In this document: positions 58,378 to 64,000 of the stretch, piece by piece
Numbering within the stretch: position 1 is the stretch's first letter
Layout: the number at the start of each line of letters is the position of its first letter
NCBI GenBank assembly: GCA_017428635.1
Contig: JAFRQK010000035.1
Coordinates: 12,632 to 76,631, forward strand
Source: Clostridia bacterium
GTDB taxonomy: Bacteria; Bacillota; Clostridia; Oscillospirales; CAG-272
Direction: 5' to 3'
DNA length: 64,000 nt
Program-made: the position numbers and the translations under genes
The notes under the pieces: generated by a model
Seen by the model: only the letters and a program-made list of their open reading frames with translations
The model's database searches: none
Told to the model about the DNA's origin: nothing

Positions 58378-59439
58378 TTGAACAGAAAGATCGCCGGCGT
58401 CGGCGTCGGTTTCCTGTATTTCTACGTTCATTTCGTGACTGAGATCCTGTGCTTCTTCGTCCTTTCAAGATACGTAGGAACGAATACCGATTTTTGGGCG
58501 TACTATCTGTTTTTCGATATGCTCGCGTTCGTGCCACAGGGAGTAATCGGATACGTGAGCGACAGATTTCCTAAGATACCGTTCGGCGCCGTGGGGTTTG
58601 CTCTCATGGCTGCCGCGATCTTTATCCAGACGGCGGTCCCGAATCCTTACGTTTCGCTCGCCGTTTTGTGTATCGGCAACGCGTGTACCCACATAGACGG
58701 CGCGGAGGCGACGCTCCGCACCTCGCGCGGGTCGCTTACCCCGAGCGCGATCTTTGTCTCGGGCGGAGCGTTCGGTATCCTGACGGGGCACCTCATTTCG
58801 ATGGATCCGCTTCCGTGGTGGGTGTTCGTCCTGCTCGCGGCTTCCGCGGTTCCGTTCACGATCCTCGGCGAGATGTGCCGCAGAGATTCGGACAGAAAAT
58901 CCCCCGTTCCGTGCGCGCCTTTTGACCTTGCGAAGAAGACGGCCGCGCCTGTCGGCGCGATCATTGCCATGGTCTTCATCATCGCCACGCGCGGATATAT
59001 GGCTTACGGTATTCCGATGTCGTGGAAGAACACGGTGTGGGAGACGATCGCCATACTCGCCGTGATGGGCGTCGGCAAGGCGCTCGGCGGAGTTTTCGCC
59101 GATCTGTTCGGCGCGAGGAAAGTCGCCGTTATCAGCGCCGCCGCCGCCCTTCCGTTTCTTCTGTTCGGCAACAAGCTGGTCGCAGTTTCGCTTTTCGGGG
59201 TCATGCTTTTCAGCATGACGATGTCCATAACTCTGGCGGCGCTCGTTTCCGTCCTCAAAAAGCGGCCGGGGCTCGCGTTCGGGCTGACGACCATCGGATT
59301 GTTTATCGGAACTGCGCCGGTGTTCTTCTTTAAGTTCACATCGTTTGCGGCAAACTGTATTATGATCTCGGTTCTGACCGCCGTCTGCATTTTGCTGACG
59401 CTCGCGGTCATGAGAAAGGACGGTGACCCGAATGAGTGA
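58378..59439 (+). CDS. Polytopic membrane protein (MFS-like)
   Basis: ~11-12 hydrophobic segments, GYVSDRF and GVFADLFGARK MFS-like loops; TTG start after GGAGG. Confidence 0.65.
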   Translation: MNRKIAGVGVGFLYFYVHFVTEILCFFVLSRYVGTNTDFWAYYLFFDMLAFVPQGVIGYVSDRFPKIPFGAVGFALMAAAIFIQTAVPNPYVSLAVLCIGNACTHIDGAEATLRTSRGSLTPSAIFVSGGAFGILTGHLISMDPLPWWVFVLLAASAVPFTILGEMCRRDSDRKSPVPCAPFDLAKKTAAPVGAIIAMVFIIATRGYMAYGIPMSWKNTVWETIAILAVMGVGKALGGVFADLFGARKVAVISAAAALPFLLFGNKLVAVSLFGVMLFSMTMSITLAALVSVLKKRPGLAFGLTTIGLFIGTAPVFFFKFTSFAANCIMISVLTAVCILLTLAVMRKDGDPNE

Positions 59440-59587
59440 TTTTTTCTGGTTTGCGGCTTTCGAATACGTTCGGATGAAAGCGGCTCCTCTGATCGCGACC
59501 GCCGTAATATTTATCGTTTTCACGGCGGTGACGACCGTTCTCGTTGCAAAATCTCTCAGGGAGCGTGACGGCGGTGGGGATAGCTGA
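59432..59587 (+). CDS. 51-aa single-TM small protein (not in the ORF track)
   Basis: MSDFFWFAAFEYVRMKAAPLIATAVIFIVFTAVTTVLVAKSLRERDGGGDS; overlaps both neighbours. Confidence 0.55.
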   Translation: MSDFFWFAAFEYVRMKAAPLIATAVIFIVFTAVTTVLVAKSLRERDGGGDS

Positions 59588-59927
59588 ACTCCCGAAGGTG
59601 ATGGCGTGGTGCCTCGCGCTTACTCTCCTGCTTGAGGTTTTCGCCGCCGCGGCGCTCGGACTGAGAAAGCGGGATCTTTTGTTCGTCGTTCTCGTGAACG
59701 TGATAACGAATCCCGTTCTCGTGAGCGCGACGACGCTGATCTGCTGGTTTTACGGAATGCGGGCGTATTACGTCTCGCTCGCCGTCTTCGAGATCGCGGC
59801 GTTTTTCACCGAAGCTTTATTGTACAAATACGCGCTGAAACCTAAGTTAAACCCGTTTCTTTTGTCGCTCATCCTGAACGTGTTCTCCGCGATGATCGGA
59901 AACGTTATAAACGGAATATTCTTCTGA
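59544..59927 (+). CDS. Hypothetical 4-TM membrane protein (start uncertain)
   Basis: LTLLLE...VNVITNP...FE...E...LNVFS pattern. Confidence 0.65.
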   Translation: MQNLSGSVTAVGIAELPKVMAWCLALTLLLEVFAAAALGLRKRDLLFVVLVNVITNPVLVSATTLICWFYGMRAYYVSLAVFEIAAFFTEALLYKYALKPKLNPFLLSLILNVFSAMIGNVINGIFF

Positions 59928-59940
59928 AGGAGGATTTAAA

Positions 59941-60918
59941 ATGAAAAGGATAGCTCTTTTCCTCGCGGCGCTGACGGTCGCCGCCGCCCTCGCGGTCGGC
60001 GTTTCTGCGGACGTGTGGTATATCGAGCCCGAGCCCGACGTTATGATGGTGGGAAAGGACGGGATCGACGTTTTCAGCTATACGGGCGAAGAGGGAGACA
60101 TTCACGTTGACGCCGAGTTCGGGACGGTAGTTCAAATATCCGGGGCGGACTATGATGAAGATCCGCCCGCATGGGAATTGATGATCAAATTGCCCGACAG
60201 AGACGTGATAGGCAGGATTTCTTCCGAGGAGTATAACAAACTGCTTTCCTCCACGACGGAGATCACACCCGAATACGGTATCGGAGAGAAAGTGCCGGCG
60301 GTGACCTCGACAGTTACCGGCGGCGACGCAAAATTCAGATACGGTCCCGATAATAATTTTGCGTATTCTTACAGATTCATCCCTATGTGGACGGTCATTA
60401 AATACGAGTACGTATATAACGGGTGGGCTTATACGCAGTACGAAGGCGAAGGCGGATGGGTCTCTCTTGACTGGCTTGAAGAAGGCGTTCATACCGCTCC
60501 GCCTGACCCGGATCCGATCCCCGACCCGGTTCCCGACCCGATCCCCGACCCGGTCCCGGATCCGGTCCCCGATCCGGACCCCGTTCCTGCCCCGGATCCT
60601 ATTCCGGAGACTACGGCCGAGCCTGTGACCGAGTCCGTCGAGACGAAAGAAGAGACCGGGACCGCCGCTCCCGTGCAGACGGAAACCGATCCGACGCAAA
60701 CCTCGGGACCCGCTTCCGAGACGGAAAAAACGGATAAACCGGAGAAAAGATCCGGGCTGCCCTCGGTCGCGAAGACGACGATCTACTGCGTGATCGCCGC
60801 CGTTATCGTTTCAGCGGTCACTCTCGTTATCATCCTGATCGTCGTCAAAAAGGGAAGAAAACAGGCTGACGGCGGCGACGGGAACGAAGACGGGGACGAC
60901 GGGAACGCCGACGCTTGA
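59941..60918 (+). CDS. Secreted, C-terminally membrane-anchored protein with SH3-like domain and Pro-Asp repeat linker
   Basis: Signal peptide; FRYGPD...GWAYTQYEGEGGWVS SH3b-like segment; (PDP[IV])n; C-terminal TM. Confidence 0.75.
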   Translation: MKRIALFLAALTVAAALAVGVSADVWYIEPEPDVMMVGKDGIDVFSYTGEEGDIHVDAEFGTVVQISGADYDEDPPAWELMIKLPDRDVIGRISSEEYNKLLSSTTEITPEYGIGEKVPAVTSTVTGGDAKFRYGPDNNFAYSYRFIPMWTVIKYEYVYNGWAYTQYEGEGGWVSLDWLEEGVHTAPPDPDPIPDPVPDPIPDPVPDPVPDPDPVPAPDPIPETTAEPVTESVETKEETGTAAPVQTETDPTQTSGPASETEKTDKPEKRSGLPSVAKTTIYCVIAAVIVSAVTLVIILIVVKKGRKQADGGDGNEDGDDGNADA

Positions 60919-60985
60919 CACGGATCGCGGCAGGTGATAAAATAGTCGTGTTTTTGATCAGTTTCCCTTCCCGGAGGTTATTCTC

Positions 60986-62065
60986 ATGGCAGACAAAATG
61001 AAAGTATGCGTGGTCGGAGCGACCGGCATGGTGGGGCAGAGATTCGTCACACTTCTCGACGGTCATCCGTATTTCGAAGTAACGGCGGTCGCAGCGAGCG
61101 CGCGGAGCGCGGGCAGCAGATACGGGGACGCCGTCGGGGGCCGCTGGAAGATGAAGACCGCGATCCCGGGCGGAGTGAGGGATCTGCCCGTTATCGACGC
61201 CGCGGATACGGACGCGATAAAGGCGCGCGCCGATATGGTCTTCTGCGCCGTCAATATGAAAAAGGACGAGATCCTCGCCCTTGAAGAAAAATACGCGAGG
61301 GCGGAGCTCCCCGTCGTTTCGAACAACTCGGCGAACCGCTGGACGCCCGACGTTCCGATGGTCGTGCCGGAGATCAACCCCGGCCACCTCGAAGTCATTA
61401 AGGCGCAGAGAGCGCGTCTCGGCACGAAGCGCGGATTCATCGCCGTCAAACCGAACTGCTCGATCCAGAGTTACGTTCCGATGCTGACGCCTCTTCTGAA
61501 ATACGGCGTCAAAGAGGTCGTCGCGACGACTTATCAGGCGATCTCCGGCGCGGGCAAGACGTTCTCCGACTGGCCCGAGATGATCGACAACGTGATTCCC
61601 TATATCGGCGGCGAGGAAGAGAAGAGCGAAAGAGAGCCGCTTCGTGTCTGGGGCAGGGTCGAAAACGGCGCGATCGTCCCCGCAGAGGCTCCGCTGATCA
61701 CGACGCAGTGCATCAGGGTCCCCGTTTCCGACGGACACACGGCCGCCGTTTTCGTGAACTTTGAAAACAAGCCGACAAAAGAGCAGATACTCAAAGACTG
61801 GGCGGAGTTCAGAGGACTTCCGCAGGAACTTGAACTTCCCTCCGCTCCGAAGAAGTTCATAACGTATTTTGAAGAAGACAACAGACCGCAGGCTAACCTC
61901 GACCGCGATCTTTACGGCGGCATGGGCGTCTCGGCCGGACGGCTCCGCGAGGACTCCCTCTTCGACTGGAAGTTCGTCGGTCTTTCACACAACACCCTCC
62001 GCGGAGCGGCGGGCGGCGGTTTGCTCACCGCAGAGCTCCTGTTCAGGACGGGGTGGCTTGACTGA
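60986..62065 (+). CDS. asd: Aspartate-semialdehyde dehydrogenase
   Basis: GATGMVGQ, VVPEIN, PNCS, RVPVSDGH, HNTLRGAAG. Confidence 0.96.
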   Translation: MADKMKVCVVGATGMVGQRFVTLLDGHPYFEVTAVAASARSAGSRYGDAVGGRWKMKTAIPGGVRDLPVIDAADTDAIKARADMVFCAVNMKKDEILALEEKYARAELPVVSNNSANRWTPDVPMVVPEINPGHLEVIKAQRARLGTKRGFIAVKPNCSIQSYVPMLTPLLKYGVKEVVATTYQAISGAGKTFSDWPEMIDNVIPYIGGEEEKSEREPLRVWGRVENGAIVPAEAPLITTQCIRVPVSDGHTAAVFVNFENKPTKEQILKDWAEFRGLPQELELPSAPKKFITYFEEDNRPQANLDRDLYGGMGVSAGRLREDSLFDWKFVGLSHNTLRGAAGGGLLTAELLFRTGWLD

Positions 62066-62067
62066 AG

Positions 62068-62100
62068 TAAAAAAGGCTCGGTTTGACCGAGCCTTTTTTT
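62068..62100. terminator. Bidirectional terminator
   Basis: AAAAAAGGCTCGGT-ttg-ACCGAGCCTTTTTT. Confidence 0.85.
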
Positions 62101-62356
62101 ATTCGTCACAAGACCATGAAGCAAACGAGGTTTTACAACTGATATCGTCCAGCTTGCCGATCTTTCCTGCGAGCGCGGAGATGACGTCCTGCGGGGCGTC
62201 GATCGCGATGCTGATAACGTGGATGCCTTTCTCTTTGTACGGGATCCCCATTCTTCCGATGATATAGTCACCGTACTCGTGAAGGACCTCGTTCAGTTTG
62301 TCGGCGGACCCTCTGTCCGATACTATGATACCTATAAGAGCGACTCTCGTTTCCAT
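62099..62356 (-). CDS. TM1266-family (iron-only hydrogenase system regulator) ACT-like protein
   Basis: METRVALIGIIV, LHEY, IIGRMGIPY, LAGKIGKL. Confidence 0.88.
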   Translation of the reverse strand: METRVALIGIIVSDRGSADKLNEVLHEYGDYIIGRMGIPYKEKGIHVISIAIDAPQDVISALAGKIGKLDDISCKTSFASWSCDE

Positions 62357-62393
62357 TTTACGTCCTCCGTATTTTACGCGCCTCAGCGCTTTT

Positions 62394-63461
62394 TTATTTT
62401 TTCATTGCGGATGCGATAAGCCTGTCGATCAGCTCGCCGTACGGGATCCCGCCGTATTCCATCAGTTTAGGATACATGGATATCGGCGTGAAACCGGGCA
62501 TCGTGTTGATCTCGTTGAAGATTAGTTCGTTATCTTCTGTCAGGAAGAAATCTACGCGCGACAGACCTCTGCAGCCGAGGATCCTGAATATCCGCGCGGC
62601 GGCATCTCTGACTTCCTCTATGCTCGCGCTCTGTATCCTCGCGGGGATGAAGAACGACGATTCGTCGGTCACGTATTTCGTGTCGTAATCGTAGAAATCG
62701 CTCGATCCGACGTCGATCTCGGCGGGGGCGGAGACGGTCAGGTTCCCGTCCTCTTCGAGAACGGCGACCTCGATCTCCTTGCCTCTGATACGCTCCTCGA
62801 TAAGGATCTTATCGTCTTCCGCAAACGCGGAATCGAGCGCAGCGGGAAGGTCCTCGCGGCTCTTCACGGCGGAGCATCCGACGGACGAGCCGGAGCGCGA
62901 CGGTTTGACGAACATCGGATAACCGATCTTTTCCTCCGCCGCTTTTATAACGGCGTTTCTGTCGTCGCGAGCGAACGCGGTGACGGCTTTCGCCTGACGC
63001 ACCGTAGAGAACAGACTGACGACCGCTTTGGTCAGCGCCTTGTCCATCGTGACGGCGCTCGCGGTGCATTCGCACCCGACGGTCGGGACGCCCATGACCT
63101 CGAGCATTCCCTGCAGTCTTCCGTCCTCGCCGAATCTTCCGTGCAGAACGGGGAAAACGGCGTCCAGGACGATCTGTTTCTTTTCACCCGAAGGCGAGAC
63201 GGCGAACAAACGCTTTTTGCCGAACGAGGGATCGACGACGATCCCGTCGAGCGACGCTTTGTCGGCGCACCACGAACCGTCCCTGATCGACTCGGGATCT
63301 CCGCCGTAGACGAAGAACTCCCCGTCCTTCGTTATGCCTATGCGGACGACGTCGTATTTTTCGGGGTCGACGTGCGACAGCACGGCGTACGCCGACGAGA
63401 GCGATATTTCGTATTCGGACGATTTCCCTCCGAAGAGGACGCCGAGTTTGATCTTTTCCAC
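62394..63461 (-). CDS. ddl: D-alanine-D-alanine ligase
   Basis: GGKSSEYEIS, LHGRFGEDG, GSSVG, FYDYDTKY, EINTMPGFT. Confidence 0.96.
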   Translation of the reverse strand: MEKIKLGVLFGGKSSEYEISLSSAYAVLSHVDPEKYDVVRIGITKDGEFFVYGGDPESIRDGSWCADKASLDGIVVDPSFGKKRLFAVSPSGEKKQIVLDAVFPVLHGRFGEDGRLQGMLEVMGVPTVGCECTASAVTMDKALTKAVVSLFSTVRQAKAVTAFARDDRNAVIKAAEEKIGYPMFVKPSRSGSSVGCSAVKSREDLPAALDSAFAEDDKILIEERIRGKEIEVAVLEEDGNLTVSAPAEIDVGSSDFYDYDTKYVTDESSFFIPARIQSASIEEVRDAAARIFRILGCRGLSRVDFFLTEDNELIFNEINTMPGFTPISMYPKLMEYGGIPYGELIDRLIASAMKK

Positions 63462-63463
63462 AG

Positions 63464-64000
63464 TCAGACCTCCGTATGCGGCGCGGGCGCGCTTTTAGTG
63501 ACGTGCGTGAGCATATACTCCACTGAGTCGCGAAGCGCCTGCCAGCTCGCGTTGATTATGTCGGTCGAAACGCCGACGGTCCGCCAGACGGTCACTCCGT
63601 CCGTCGACTCGATAAGAACGCGGACGGCCGCCGCCGTCGCGCCGGAGTCGATGACGCGGACGCGGTAGTCGGTAAGTTTCATCCCGCCGACCTCGGGGTA
63701 AAAGCGCGTGAGCGCGCGGCGAAGGGCGCGGTCCATCGCGTTGACGGGACCGTTTCCTTCCGCGGCGGCGATCTCTTCCGAACCGCCGACGGCGATCTTT
63801 ATCATCGCCGAACTCTTCATCAGTTCGTCCCCGTCAGGGGTGTCTTTCGCGTCCTCGGCGATGACCTTGAACGCGAGCAGATCGAAGTGCGAGACGCGCT
63901 CGCCCGCGATCCCGTCGACGAGAAGCGAGAGGGAACCCTCCGCCTGTTCGTAAACGTAACCGAGCTTCTCACGCTCGCGCAGGACTTTAACGGCTTCTGC
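63464..64000 (-). CDS. cimA: Citramalate synthase C-terminus (partial)
   Basis: GYVYEQAEGS, AEGNGPVNAMDRALRRAL, LTDYRVRV, WRTVGVSTDIINASWQAL. Confidence 0.85.
   Translation of the reverse strand, partial: AEAVKVLREREKLGYVYEQAEGSLSLLVDGIAGERVSHFDLLAFKVIAEDAKDTPDGDELMKSSAMIKIAVGGSEEIAAAEGNGPVNAMDRALRRALTRFYPEVGGMKLTDYRVRVIDSGATAAAVRVLIESTDGVTVWRTVGVSTDIINASWQALRDSVEYMLTHVTKSAPAPHTEV

Noticed and set aside
60500-60607. 12-bp tandem repeat
   Set aside because: Coding Pro-Asp-Pro-Ile/Val linker of a surface protein
62394-63461. Van-type D-Ala-D-Lac ligase
   Set aside because: Omega loop DYDTKY is the D-Ala-D-Ala type, and no van cluster is present

Overview
GC-rich chromosomal window from a Clostridia-type (Oscillospirales-like) Firmicute; the taxonomy is inferred from SLH proteins, a T-box and sporulation-type genes. 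The backbone is mostly housekeeping: mnmG end-rsmG, T-box-pheST-apt, yceD-rpmF, a lipoate operon, miaB-mutS-mutL-tgt, hslO, asd, ddl and the cimA end. Two convergent class II tRNA genes (Leu-GAG at 34832 on +, Ser-GGA at 53561 on -) bracket an ~18 kb accessory region rich in XRE regulators, ECF sigma factors, a DinJ-YafQ pair, a HEPN-motif membrane protein and glycan-active proteins, with no integrase visible. The most striking signal is non-coding. Each tRNA is followed by a homologous ~220-nt multi-hairpin element whose terminal helices are made from that tRNA's own 3' end, so they covary with the host tRNA, while internal linker motifs stay conserved. Other notable items: a PheS with a remodelled amino-acid pocket, an array of different hairpins spaced by TGAATT, ECF sigma factors fused in frame to C-terminal domains that keep their own RBS and ATG, and a shared GAGGCGGGGA palindrome family at gene ends in the island. 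All calls come from reading the sequence; no database searches were run.
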